A stretch of DNA of 64,000 nucleotides from Bilabrum cf. latius (taxonomy: Eukaryota). The stretch spans positions 682,001 through 746,000 of the forward strand of contig OZ237736.1 of NCBI GenBank assembly GCA_965178125.1, given 5' to 3'. The translations under genes were made by a program, and so were the position numbers. Each line of letters starts with the position of its first letter. Position 1 is the first letter of the stretch. The notes under the pieces are model-generated. The model saw only the letters and a program-made list of their open reading frames with translations, did no database searches and was not told where the DNA came from. This document shows, in pieces, positions 25,177 to 37,080 of this stretch.

Positions 25177-26037
25177 ATGCTTAAGCGAAAGCAAATTTTA
25201 CAATTACTGAAGATAGCCAAGAAACGCAACCCAAGGATCAAAAAATGTGTTAAGGGGTACGGAAAGTTTACCAAATCGCAATTACAAGCCGTTCTTGAGG
25301 CTCCTATGGTATTAGAAACTCTTGAACCTGAAGTTACCAGAATGGGTGGCTCACTGTTTGGCAAGTTTCGCCAAGGTTTTAACCAAGTTGTTGATAAGGC
25401 TAAGAACTTCTTTGGAGTTGATACTAAGAACTTTAATAAAACTAGCTAGCGAACACTAAAAGAATACGGTAACCGAGTTATTACCCAGATGAAAGTAGCA
25501 CGAACACCCTTAAGTTCAAGTTTAAATCGATTGCTAAACGTTCTTTCACTAGGGGCAACTAAACGAGCCAAACAAAGCTTATAGTACCATTCATTCTACC
25601 ATCTTGCAATAGCAGTAAAATTACAAGGCGTTGCTACCCCCCTTGTGGTTGAGAAAAACGAGGCTGTTAACGTTGATAAAACATTCCCCGTAAATAATCT
25701 TACTCAATTCCTAAACGTTGATCTAAATGGCAAACAAATCACTTTGAATCAACTGGTACAACAAACACTCAAATCCGTGGGCAATAATCGATTTTTCTTG
25801 TATCGTGCTTTCAATGATCGCTCAGATGCAGGTAATTGTTAGCGATTTGTTACTGATGTACTTCGATCCAATGGTTTATTAACCAGCCAATTGGATCAAT
25901 TCATCAATTAGAATGTTGAACAGGCAGCATCTACCATACCGCAGTTGTTTAAAAGGGTGGCAAATGTTGCAACCGATGTTGGTGCATTCGCTAATCGAGT
26001 AGTTGGTAGAGGTAAGAAGAAAAAGAAATAGCATTAA
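25177..26037 (+). CDS. Virophage protein with permuted papain-like (PPPDE/NlpC-P60-type) H...NCQxF motif, 286 aa
   Basis: Single frame via TAG; RTPL..LNVLSLG..FYHLAI..EKNEAVN..FFLYRAF..GNC(TAG)RFVTDVL; ends TAA. Confidence 0.6.
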
Positions 26038-26291
26038 GGCATGCTTGCTGCCAACAATTCACATATACTCTGCTTGTTCAGTGAATCCCAAGTCATAGTA
26101 ACCACTACCTTGTAAGCGGGTTCATCACCACCTGCACCTGAATGCGGCACTTGCTCAATCTTAACATCAGTACGATAGTTTGATGTGGGATCGGATTCAG
26201 GTTCAGGTTCTGGTTGAGAATTACGAATAATCTCTATTTTAGGTTGAGGTGTTGTTGGAGTTGGTTTAGTTGGGCTAGATTTTTCAGACAT
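26034..26291 (-). CDS. Small virophage hypothetical protein
   Basis: ATG to TAA, 85 aa, stop overlaps the convergent gene stop. Confidence 0.55.
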   Translation of the reverse strand: MSEKSSPTKPTPTTPQPKIEIIRNSQPEPEPESDPTSNYRTDVKIEQVPHSGAGGDEPAYKVVVTMTWDSLNKQSICELLAASMP

Positions 26292-26357
26292 CTATAACTA
26301 TCTGGAGGATTTTTTTTAAGTTAACTTTGTTTCGTTATTACTACCAAATAAAGTTAA

Positions 26358-27686
26358 TTAGTATCCACGCAAACGCCTAATACGATCCTATTGAAACTAT
26401 TTTTCTTGGGCTTCTTTGCCTTGTAACCCGGCACGGCGTTCAGATTTATTGATTCTCCGATGTGATTTGGGTGCAATTGCTTTCAATCCTTTATCACCGA
26501 TTACCTTGCGCAATGGAGCTCCAACCAATCCATCAAACAAAAATCGCCCAGCATCCTCAATGATTCCTTTGCCTTTCATATTCGATTGTTTCACAGCCTT
26601 AAATGCCTGTTTCATTGCTTCTCCACGGCTCAATTTAGGATTCTAGCGCCTCATCTATCCAGCTAAACGCAGTGCCTAGGATTGTAATGTACGATTCCAT
26701 TTACCCGATTTAGGTGCACCCATACCCTATGTACCCTCCGCTGAACCTAAGTTACCCATTGTGTTTGCGGTTAACCTATCTGGTTCTGTGGTTTGCCTAC
26801 TTGATCTGCGTCGTGCTGGTGCTGGTGCTGGTGCTGGTGCTGGTGCTGGTGCTGGTGCTGGTGCTGGTGCTGGTGCTGGTGTAGGATCATTATCGGAATC
26901 ACCGCCAGGTCCTGGTCCGCCAGGAGCAACATCAGCAGCCCGAGCACGGGCAGCACGAGGAGCTCGGGCAGCACGAGCAGGAGAACCTGCAAAACCTTGT
27001 TCCATCTATTCTGCGAGATCAGCTGCTGGTACCAACTATGGCACTGGTATTCGTGCTCCTCGTCTTCGTGCCCGTGCCCGTGCAGGTGCAGGTGCCGGTT
27101 CAGGTACTGAATCAATAATCCAAGGTTCGATATCTACTCTTCGTGGACGCTCTCCCACAGGATTTGAACCCTCCTCTGGTATTTCTCTCATTGGATCACG
27201 ATCCACACGATTGGGATTACGCTTGATTGCATACTACAATGCATCTCGAACTCCATTTTCAATTAGTAACCTTCGTATTGCCTAATTGCTTCCTCTATTA
27301 ACATTTAAACGCTTAAACTAGGCTTCTATCTCTTTAAGGCTCTTGGGCAAAATAATATCACCACTATACAAACTCACTTCTAAGGCATCTATTACTCTCT
27401 GCCTACTAGTTGCCGTTCTTGCCCTCTATAACTAGCCCAATAATGCTTTAACCCGCCCAGTTGCCTAATCATTTCTGGTACGTTCAAGTTCACTCACCAC
27501 ACCTGCCTTTCTCAATCTTTCTTGATCTTGTTGCTCTTTACGTGCTCGGTTTTCCTGCCTCACACGGCGGTTGTTTTCCTCCATGTTTTCTCTTCTTTGT
27601 TCTGCTAAACCGGAGTATCTCTCAATTGTTAGCTCTTTAAGAATCTTTCGCAACTTTTCATCGCTTTTTGCCATATATAATAGCAT
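26358..27686 (-). CDS. Arg/Ala/Pro-rich virophage protein, possible virion core protein (~440 aa)
   Basis: Fragments 26397, 26727, 27465 are co-frame with only TAG between them; ends TAA 26358; (PA)n tract, RAARA repeats, GMG/GKG motifs. Start 27686 or 27674. Confidence 0.7.
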
Positions 27687-27712
27687 TGAAAATATTTTAT
27701 ATACCTATAGTA

Positions 27713-28735
27713 ATGATTTCCACTCGACATACAAAAGATGGTGTTCCTGTTGCACTTGATATGAATCGCAATGATCCAGATGTTATATACTACAACCGCA
27801 AACCACCTGAAAATGATTCTGATTCTGATGATGATTCTGGTGATGAATCCGATATCAGTGAATCTGATCTAAGGTTGAGATACGGTGTTCGTGCCACCAG
27901 ATACCAGCGACAACTACCAGAACTAAAGAAAAAGTTTAAATAGGAAATGCGGGAAGGAAAGATCCTACATGGAAAATATAAAAGTAAAAAAGGAACGATT
28001 ATTCCGTATCCCGATCGAGATGCACGCGATTGCCGAACTGCGTACCATATAATGGGTAAAGCAGGTTCAGGTAAAACTACCTGGGTGCTAGAACAAGCCA
28101 AAATTATTAGGAAACTATTTAATAAAAAGGTGTATGTGATCAACGGCAAGGATGATGAAAAGCGATTCAAAGAAGCCAAGTTTCATACCCTCGATATCGA
28201 TGATCTTATCATTGGCGATAGTTCCGAACGAAAATATCAAGAGGCTAAACTGCGCTACAAAATGCTGGATAAGAGCGAACTAGATCCTGAGGAGGTTATT
28301 GAAATGAAACTTGCGGTTGAATCCTTGAAGCCAAAGAAAAAGATCAACTATTCGGTAACCGAAGGATTTTTGAAGCTGATCAAGAATTCTGTATGGATAT
28401 TTGATGATGTGGAAGGCGGTGAACTGCAAAACAAAGCCCTGTTCTTGATCAATTATATTCTTACCAAGGGTAGAAGTACCGAAACCGATATCTTTGTAAT
28501 TACACACTTACCATCTTGGGGTTAGAATACCCGCACTCTACACAATGAAATTAACATCTATGTAATTTTCTAGCGCAACAAACCTCGTTAGAATTAGTTT
28601 CTAATGGAAAACTATCTGAAATTTAAAGCTAAGGAGATAAAAAAGGTGAAAAGCCTGTTAAGCCGAAACGATTGGGTAGCCATAAACCAGCAACGCAATT
28701 GCTTGATATCGCCCCATCAGGTTTGTTTGATATGA
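27713..28735 (+). CDS. DNA-packaging ATPase (FtsK/HerA, A32-like), 340 aa
   Basis: Walker A GKAGSGKTT, Walker B VWIFDDVE, ILTKGRS..IFVITH, TRTLHNE; ends TGA after TAG read-through. Confidence 0.9.
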
Positions 28736-28768
28736 TCTATTTTTTTACCATTATATATATATAGCAAA

Positions 28769-29242
28769 ATGTCTGTTTGCAAAAACCTATCAGATCTTGT
28801 AGTTTGTTATGATTTAAACATCTCAGTTCAGGATTATGAGTCAATTGTTAACTCAGAGGAAAACCTAAAAAATTCAAAACCCCTTGATTCGCTTGAAACT
28901 ATTGTTGTTGATATCAAGAAAGGTGATAGAATCGCTCTGTTACACGATAATAAAGGCAAAGTGCGCTATTCAATCCCAGTTCCTAGCGCCAAACCAACTC
29001 TCAGAGAATTACTTAGAACCCTTCACAGAGAAATGCAATACCCAATTGATGTAAAAAATGAAGATTTAGTTGAAGTTATCTACGATTCGCTGAAAAACTA
29101 TAAACCATCGCTCCGCTTAAAGTACGTTACTATGTACGAAGAGGGGAAAATGCCATTGCTTAGTTGGTTTGGTGATCATACTCACTTGGAAAAAATATTT
29201 CGACGGGGGGACAAATACTTACAAATATTCCTAGGATCATGA
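28769..29242 (+). CDS. Virophage hypothetical protein, 157 aa
   Basis: Clean ATG to TGA ORF between the ATPase and the protease. Confidence 0.65.
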   Translation: MSVCKNLSDLVVCYDLNISVQDYESIVNSEENLKNSKPLDSLETIVVDIKKGDRIALLHDNKGKVRYSIPVPSAKPTLRELLRTLHREMQYPIDVKNEDLVEVIYDSLKNYKPSLRLKYVTMYEEGKMPLLSWFGDHTHLEKIFRRGDKYLQIFLGS

Positions 29243-29272
29243 ACAAATTTCTAGCATACTACTATAATCATA

Positions 29273-29815
29273 ATGGATCAGTTACTTGATAAAATTAAAT
29301 CGGGGCTCAGCCCACAACAGTTGCAACACTTGAAAGCCAATGTGCCTGTTTTTACCAACGATCAAATTGAATAGCACGGATTACCCACTGGCAAGGATCA
29401 GGATTTCGTTTTGTTTTTCCCTTTGATACGGCAAGGCAAAAACGAATCTGGGCATTACTGTGCCGTTATTCAAAGCCTCGATCCCAATCGTATCCACTAT
29501 TATGATCCATACGGATTTTTACCCCATGCAATCACTAAAACCAGCCCACAGCGAGAAGCCCTTGGCTACCTAGATCGATAGAAAGGCATCTTAGGCAAAC
29601 TAATAAATGATCATCGAACCATAGATTATTCACCATTCCCTCACCAAATCGATGATCCACAAATCTCAACCTGTGGTAGGCACTGCTTGCTACGATTAAG
29701 TAATCGGCATTTAAATCATGAACAGTACAATAAGCGATTATTACAAAAGTGTAAGCAACACAAAGTTAAGCCCGATGTGTTTGTTACCTTGTTTGAACAA
29801 TTCAGACCCATGTGA
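29273..29815 (+). CDS. Maturation cysteine protease (adenain/Ulp1-like), 180 aa; absent from the ORF track
   Basis: SGHYCA (His), YYDPYG (Asp), HQ..ISTCGRHC (oxyanion Gln, catalytic Cys); two in-frame TAG; ends TGA. Confidence 0.9.
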
Positions 29816-29843
29816 TTTATTTCTCATTTAAACTATATCTCAA

Positions 29844-30752
29844 ATGAGCAATAAAACCTACCAGTATGTAAATCTACGCTACTTCAACCCAGAAACTACC
29901 ACTGCCACTCGAACTTTGTTAGAGGAACAGCGTTCTGGCAACATTTTAGATGATAAAATGTATAAACTCAGTGTGGATCGATGGAATATCGAACAAGCTG
30001 TATTTCCAGTATTTGAACCTAATCCTAAGCTAACTTATACTGTTAACATTCGTGATCAGGCTTCAAGCACTGTGAGTTCAGCCAATGTTAACTTTGGCAG
30101 CAACAAGTTTGTTTACAATATGGCAGAAGTGGTGGCGGCTATAAACATTGCTATAGCGACCGCTTGTGCTGCTCACTCATCTCCAGTTTCACCCGCGGAT
30201 TTTCCTGAGTTAACTTACGATGGCATTCTATTTTTTATCGAAAGCACCAGCAACTTTCGGGATTTAACCACAGGATACGATTTGGGATTCAATGAGCACT
30301 TGTTTGCCATGTTCCATACCTTTCCCAGAATTCCTTAGGATACATTGGAGAATCCCTATTTTTTCTTGGATGTTGATGTAGTGCAACAGCCTGAATCCAC
30401 TCTTGAGGCAATAGTTCCTGTGAAACGAATTGAAATTGAGGGTACGTTACCCATGATCAGCGAGTTGTTGCCAAATTCAGTTGAATCAGCCGAAGGCTAG
30501 TTTTCTACTCGGGTCGAAAACATTATTACCGATTTCAATTTCTTTCCAAGTAACGGCAGCCACCTTCAATCAATTACTTATAGTGCTGGTGGCAACCACC
30601 GATGGGCAACAGTAACTGGAAACCAGTTCAACAACATTCAACTCAGGTTTTACTGGTTGGATAGTAAAGGTGTTAAGTACGATGTGAAGCCTCGTGCCCG
30701 AACCTCTGTTTCGGCAAAATTAGCATTTGTGGAGGTGAGTGAGCTAAATTAA
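29844..30752 (+). CDS. Minor capsid (penton) protein, 302 aa
   Basis: YKLSVDRWNI, GFNEHLF, IITDF, NIQLRFYWLDSKG..SVSAKLAF, typical of virophage pentons; directly upstream of the MCP; ends TAA. Confidence 0.8.
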
Positions 30753-30783
30753 GAAATAATTATTTTATCAGTTTAAATCATAA

Positions 30784-32511
30784 ATGTCTCAAACCTTAAG
30801 ACAAAGTTTACCAGTAAGTGTGGCAGTTGATCCAAAGTACAACTTCCTCGATCCTTCCAGAGTAAAACAACAGGTAGAAGCAGGTAACACCAAGATTGGT
30901 TACAACCGCTTAACCTTTACTGATCCTGTTGCAAATGGTGCAACCTTGAATATGACTATAAATCCAGTAAAAGGTGATTTCAATCAACCTACTTTAAGAT
31001 ACATTCAACGAGTTCGAGTGGCTAAGGCAAATGCTGCTGCCCTTGCTCTAGCAGATTTAAAGAGCAGAGTTGGTGTTAAACCTTTCCCCTTGGCTAGAAT
31101 GTTTGATCGTACCATTGTGGATCACAATGGTTCTACTTGGGTGAGTGAGAGTTACTAGGAAAGCAAAGAGTTTGCTCATAACCACGATCCAGAGATTGGT
31201 TACCGAATGAGCCCTGCTCCTGTTCCTGATAAAAACACTGCATATAGCCGTGATTATCTCAGTGATCCACTCCGCGTTTCATTAGATACAATTGATTAGA
31301 ACGAATCCCGTGGTTTCGGCAACCGTTACTCTGTATACTATGTTGGTCCAGCTGCTGGCAACTCACACGAATTCCTCATTATTCTGGAGGAGCGCCTATG
31401 GAACAAGTTTTTCCCTTTCAAGGATGCCTATCCTAATCCTTACAAGAACCTGCAACCGTTCGATCTCAAACTTGAGATTGGTTCTAATGGATTATAGCGC
31501 ATATGGTCTGCCTCAACTGTCGGCGGACAGGATTTAGCATTTACCCAAGTTGGTAACCCATCCCTGTTTCTGGATTTCACTATCGATACACCTGCGCTTG
31601 AAGTTCCTCAACCAAACAGAATTGTGCTAAACTCAGTACATCGCCAAAAGCGTTAGGAACGCCCTAACCAGGCTATTCCAGCCGCTGCAAACGGTGTGCC
31701 AGGCAGCATTGAGCACCAGATGTAGTCTTATGATTTCGCATACACACCAGAAATGTTGCTGTGTTACGTGGAACGCGATCCTGTGGCTGGAAGCAACTAG
31801 CCTGATTAGTTTTTACCCATTTCTGCCATCAACCTAACCATCAATGGTGAACAAGATATTGGCAGGTTGATTTCCCAGTATGAACTCTGGCAAATGAGCA
31901 CCAAAAACGGATATAACGGCAGATTCGGGCATTTCGCTGGTTTAATCTAGGATTTCTCAGTTGGTGCCAACCGAATTTACGGCAACGGTTGCATGTTGGC
32001 AATAAAACCATCCCAATTGCCTCTGCCTCAGGAAACCCAAGGTGGTGTGAATGCTAGATTCTCTATCTAGGCTACTGTTACTATCCAGAACCCCACTGGT
32101 GCTGCAGTGGCAGCTGGTAGTTACCGCTTATGGATGATTCTAGCCAACTCCGAAGCCAATTACCTCAAAGACGGTTTGATGGAGAGCCGTGTGTTACTTG
32201 CCGATCCAGTTAAGAGCCTAACCGCTACTAATGTTACTTACAAAGATGATGGAGTATCTGCCTCAATCGTGGGTGGAAGGCGTGGTTTCTTCGGTCGACT
32301 GTGGAACGGAATCAAGAAAGCAGCCCCAGTGCTTAAAGAGGTTTCTAAAGTTGCCCGTAACCTACCTATTGTAAAGAATTATGTTGGTGATAATACCGCT
32401 GTGGGTAAAGTTGCCAAAGCAGTGGGTGCTGGAAAAAGGGGTAAAGGCGTAAATCGGGTGGCTGGTAAGAGCGTTTCTACTCAAGCACTTTTAAGCAAAC
32501 TTGGAATGTAA
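30784..32511 (+). CDS. Major capsid protein (virophage double jelly-roll), 575 aa
   Basis: One frame with nine TAG and no TAA/TGA; FPLARM, PD(Q)FLPI, SQYELWQMSTKNG, then IVGG followed by a basic amphipathic tail; size typical of virophage MCPs. Confidence 0.85.
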
Positions 32512-32534
32512 ATAAATCTAAGATCTAATAGTAT

Positions 32535-33428
32535 ATGAACAACAAATCTTATTAGAACTTAAGTGCACTTAAGTACCTGGGGCAACCAATTAATATCACT
32601 GGTTACAATTTTGCACGACCCGTACTTAAACTGTTTAACGATATCAAATTTCCCGATCGAACCTTGAGATTAGCAGGAACTGCTCGGTTCAAGGTTCTTT
32701 CGTTGTTTGCCTCTGATATTGATTTATTTCAACTGCTTAACAAAAAGGATATCCCGCACTTTGCCACACACATTTCCAACTTGGCAAAAAAAATGGCACC
32801 ATCCAAACAAGCCAACCATGCCACCTTTGTTGAATTTAAATCAGGTGGAAGGCATTACACCAGAAAAGAAATGGCAAACCTCTCAACTAACCAGAAACTA
32901 AAGCAGGAAATCGAGCACAACATCCATCATGATCCGTTCAACAAGGTAGATTTGATTTTTTATGATGGCAAAACTTACGAGGAAATCACCATCGTGTACC
33001 AATTTGAGGAACTTGCCGATGTAGCAACCATTCTACAAAGCCTTGTTAAGGATGCCAACAAGTATATTAGTTCAGGCAATTTATACAAAGCCACCAAACG
33101 ATTGCACAACATCTCCCGTTTGCAAGGCGAACAACCCAACTCACCCGGTCTCAAATCTCTGGAACAGATTATTACCAATCCTATTCTTTCCACTCTCAAC
33201 CTTGCTAAGAGCTAGTTGGAGGCTTACTTGCGAGTACCTACCGGATTTCGCCACAGCACTGCACTCGAATACCTTAAGCAAAGAGTGGGTAAGGTGATGA
33301 AACCCAGATCACTGCGGACACTTGCCAAGCATTTCAAGAATAACACCAACAAATCAATTAAACTAGCCATTACTTAGCTTAAGCGATATTTGAATCAACT
33401 AAGCAGATCCATGATTTAGCAAAAATAA
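32535..33428 (+). CDS. Virophage protein with possible nucleotidyltransferase motif, 297 aa
   Basis: LAGT..FASDIDL and later KVDLI resemble the pol-beta-type G[S/T]..DxD..D signature; ends TAA after TAG read-through. Confidence 0.55.
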
Positions 33429-33447
33429 AATCATGCGAAATACTATA

Positions 33448-33726
33448 ATGCTAAGTAACTGGAGCAAATTTATGAAAGAACTGTGGTCCAAAGTTAAGGG
33501 CTAGATGAAGTATATCGATGCCGTAAGAATGGCTAAAGAACAAGGATTGTATGATGCTTGGCTATCTAAGCATGGATTATCACGTGCTCCCAAGAAACGC
33601 ACTTACAAACGCAAACGCAAGGGTGGGCAGATGGTTTAGGATTAGATGGGTATGGGGTTAGTTGAGGATTAGATGGGCATGGGCTTGGTTGAAGGCGGTG
33701 CTAGCACTCTAAATGATCTATTCTGA
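33448..33726 (+). CDS. Small basic protein with GG/GMG motifs, possible core protein, 92 aa
   Basis: MLSNWSKFMKELW..KRKRKGG..(Q)MGMGLVED(Q)MGMGLVEGG; open only with TAG as sense; ends TGA. Confidence 0.6.
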
Positions 33727-33752
33727 TCTAAAAAATTCCTAACGTAAGATAT

Positions 33753-34385
33753 ATGTCTTGCGATAAACAAGAATTGTATGAATAGTTTAAGAAAATCGGG
33801 CAGCAAAAGTTTAGTGCTCCCCACCAACAGCAAATCTATCTACAATATATACGCTCAGTATTGTTTCCTGCTGGTGATCCTGAACCTGATTCGGAATCTG
33901 ATAGCGATACTGATAGTGATAGCGAGAGTGATTCCAAATTAATTATCGAATCGAAACCTGCTACTCCTCCTGCAGTACCCGCTTCACCACAACCCAAACC
34001 TAAACCTGAGCCAAAATCAAAACCCGAACCCGAACCCGAACCCGAACCCGAACCCGAACCCGAACCCGAACCTGATCTCAGCCCACCTAAACTGGAACGC
34101 CAAAAAAGGGTTGTTATTGTGCCTGGTTTTGGTGATCCTGATCCTGAACCCGAACCCGAACCAGTGGTTCAAAAGAGTGATCGTGAGGATTTCAGATTTA
34201 TGGTTCGAGATGGATCTGAAAAAGTGTATTTCGGCACTCCCACCATTCTAACCCTAAAAGAAAACATCGATGGCAAGGTTTGTAGCCAACGCAAAGCGGT
34301 TTCTAGAGTTAATCGATATTTAGCCTAGTTCAACTAGGCAACACCAAGAGGCAAATGGGAGCACCAACACTATCTCAATCAATAA
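33753..34385 (+). CDS. Acidic/Pro-Glu repeat virophage protein, 210 aa
   Basis: ATG 33753 in frame with ORF 33861; (PE)n from (CCCGAA)n; ends TAA. Confidence 0.6.
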
Positions 34386-34417
34386 AATAATTATCCATAC
34401 TTAAGTTATAACAAAGT

Positions 34418-34792
34418 ATGCACAATTATGAATATATTGAAATTAAACCATCTCAAATCCATGGACATGGCGTGTTTGCTCGAGGCAAAATTCCCAAAGG
34501 CACTAAATTAGCCTATTTTTACGGCATACCCATGAAACCCAAAGATATCATGCTCAAATACGGCAACTACCGTTTTACCTATCGGCGCCCATTTCAAAGC
34601 ACATGGATTTGTAGCAGACATACCCCAAATCTAATCAATTTTGTTAACTCTGTGGGCTTTGGTAAATCCAAAGGAATGAAAGCAAATGTTATTCTCAAAA
34701 ACAGATGGCTAGTTCCTACTCGTGATATCCAAGCTGGTGAAGAATTACTGCTCGAATACCCAAAAGGATACTGGAAGCACGGCGATGATTAA
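34418..34792 (+). CDS. Stand-alone viral SET-domain protein-lysine methyltransferase, 124 aa
   Basis: IKPSQIHGHGVFA..IPKGT, NFVNS, TRDIQAGEELLLEY..YW. Confidence 0.85.
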   Translation: MHNYEYIEIKPSQIHGHGVFARGKIPKGTKLAYFYGIPMKPKDIMLKYGNYRFTYRRPFQSTWICSRHTPNLINFVNSVGFGKSKGMKANVILKNRWLVPTRDIQAGEELLLEYPKGYWKHGDD

Positions 34793-34832
34793 ATTTAGTG
34801 AAATTAAAAAACAATAAATTTAATTAATCCGT

Positions 34833-35483
34833 TTAGGCTGTTGGTGGGTACATCATCCAGTTAAACTGGAAATCGTTGCCTCCATGTGCGCCTGTAAGAT
34901 GCACTGTAAATTCACCATCACCCGCAGTTACGTGGGTAAAATCAACTCCGCCTGTGGGTACACTTGTGGGTGTTAGATGCACGTGATGATCAGATGTGCA
35001 GCCTGCTGCAGCCACAACTAGTGTTTGACCACCTCCGCTCCAGGTTTCCTATCCTCTTAGTGCAGGTACGTTGTTTGCAGTTACATCGCCCTAAACTATG
35101 ATGTTACCAGATCCAGATCCACCTGTAATGCGAACACCTGCACCGGCTGAATTGGCTCCAAATCTTACCTCGCCCGGGCTAAAGAACATCTATCCTGTGC
35201 CCTGATCGCCCCATCCTATGATACCGAAGTTACCCTCACTGAAACTTGAATCGCCCTCGATGCTTCTGGCAACCACATTTCCACCTAATTCCATATTACC
35301 TGTTGAACTTACTGCAAGAAGTTGAGTGGTTACATCGGATGCCACATTCTCAGAGTTAATTATAAAATTTCCACCTTTAGCTGAAAACGAAGCCCCTGAA
35401 GTAGAGCCTGATGTTTCAGTGCAAAGTAGTTTGTTTACGTAGATTTGTTCATCGTTTGGTTCGTTAAAAGTACTAGCTGACAT
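34833..35483 (-). CDS. Gly-rich beta-structured protein, candidate fibre/spike, 216 aa
   Basis: Fragments 34833 and 35190 joined through three TAG; ends TAA; GNVVA/GNIIV repeats and a compact C-terminal FNW domain. Confidence 0.55.
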
Positions 35484-35530
35484 AGCTTATAACTTAAACT
35501 ACAAAAAAATAATTTAATTCTTAATCCTAT

Positions 35531-36151
35531 ATGGTAGAACCCAACACCGTAATTATAGGGGCATCTGTTGCCCCATGGATTTACAAAGCAGGTTGCATGT
35601 TTTTAGATTGGCTCTAGAAGCCCCGCTCACAACGCCGAAAGTTAGTGCTTCTTCTTCCTTAGAAAGCACTTAAAAGCACTATATGCAAACGCTTAACCAG
35701 TAGCAACCCCAATGTTCGTTTATATGATTTAGATGAAGTTGTATTAGCCCGAGCATCTGCCGAAGATGTAGTTAAACTTAAGTTGGCTGAGCACTGCGAT
35801 AACAACGCTTCCGAGTTGCTCAGGTATAAATACGTTTAGAGTGCCATTGATGAAATTAAAGCAACTTGGTTAAAGGATCGCAATCACCGTGCTATTTTTG
35901 TTACCAGTGATGCTTCTGTAGTTGCCTCCATCTTCAAACCCACCTCGATTGGTGTTGCTATGCCCAGCGAACAATTTCACCAGCAACTTATCCAAAAATT
36001 AAGCCCTGAGGAGCAAACTGTTGCCAACCGATCACATGCCCAGTTTAGAGATTTATTTTATCGCACCGATGATCCATGTTCGGTCTACGATTCACTGCAA
36101 GATCTAGCAAATATCATCATTGCTCACTATGGCTTGAACTACAGACCTTAA
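35531..36151 (+). CDS. Virophage hypothetical protein with degenerate P-loop kinase-like pattern, 206 aa
   Basis: Open with TAG as sense; LVLLLP(Q)KALKSTICKRL..LYDLDE; ends TAA. Confidence 0.55.
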
Positions 36152-36202
36152 GCCTTTAAGCCTTTAAGAATAATTATTTTCTCCACCAGGATTATAGCAA
36201 AT

Positions 36203-36622
36203 ATGCCAAAACCACTCAAAGTAGTAATAAAGAAAAGAGAACCCGCTCCTAGCCACAACCCAATCGCCTTGATTCACCCCGAAACCTCGAATACCGTTCA
36301 GGAACTGCACCAGTAGTACACCGAATCGTTCGAGCAGAACCAGCAGGAAATCAAGAACCTCAAACTAGAAGCCCGTCGGTTGCTACGCAAGGTACGCAAA
36401 TAGTGCCCTGAAATTCATGAACAGATTAGAGAACTTCGAACTAACCTCAAATAGCAAAAACACAACCTAGAACAACTACAACAGGAAATCAAAGCGCAAT
36501 CTGATTTGCTTCGATCGAGTGCACCCGAGGAATACCAAAGGCTGGATAAGATTCGAGAAGAATCCAAAAAGTTACAAAAGCAACTCCAATACGATCAAAA
36601 TGTTGCCGATTTTCTAAATTAA
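36203..36622 (+). CDS. Coiled-coil protein, 139 aa
   Basis: Gln/Glu/Lys heptad-rich, three TAG in Gln-rich context; ends TAA. Confidence 0.65.
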
Positions 36623-36630
36623 TTTCTATT

Positions 36631-36707
36631 TTTACCTTTAATCCCGTACTAAATTGATACGGATTAAATGCAAAATATTCTCTGTCTAGATACTCACACA
36701 GAGAAAA
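36631..36707. terminator. Double-hairpin element (copies at 37150-37226 and, inverted and partial, ~23850-23905); putative transcription end/polyadenylation hairpin
   Basis: TTTAATCCCGTA-N9-TACGGATTAAA plus TCTCTG...CAGAGA; all copies lie just downstream of stop codons. Confidence 0.55.
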
Positions 36708-36732
36708 ATCCTGTTTTTAAAATACATGAATA

Positions 36733-37080
36733 TTAAATTAAACCAATGTTTGGTTTTATACCGCCCCCGATCAGTTTGTAAACATCTACGTGATCTAAAT
36801 GCGGTTTCTGCAAATGACCCCTAACTCCCAACACAATTAGATTTTCCACCAATCGAATGCGAATGCTAAAAGCACCCGATTTGTGAGTTTGTCGCTTTGC
36901 AATCTAGATATCATTATCAATATGCTGTTGGTTCAACGGAGATGAGTACACTGTTTCATAAACAGTATTTCCAGCCTCGTGCTACACCTTTTTCCCATTT
37001 CGTGCTATTTCAACAAACAAATCCTAGATTTGTTCCATTCGAATGCTTTCAATTCCTTTACTACTATCGCTATTGTTCAT
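36733..37080 (-). CDS. Virophage hypothetical protein, 115 aa
   Basis: MNNSDSSKGIESIRMEQI..; three TAG, ends TAA; lies between the two hairpin repeats. Confidence 0.55.

Noticed and set aside
18979-34070. (GGTGCT)n and (CCCGAA)n tracts as telomeric or regulatory repeats (18979-19079, 19303-19356, 26814-26881, 34023-34070)
   Set aside because: All lie in frame in ORFs, encoding Pro-Ala or Pro-Glu linkers; the poly-WC and poly-HQ ORFs are shadow frames.
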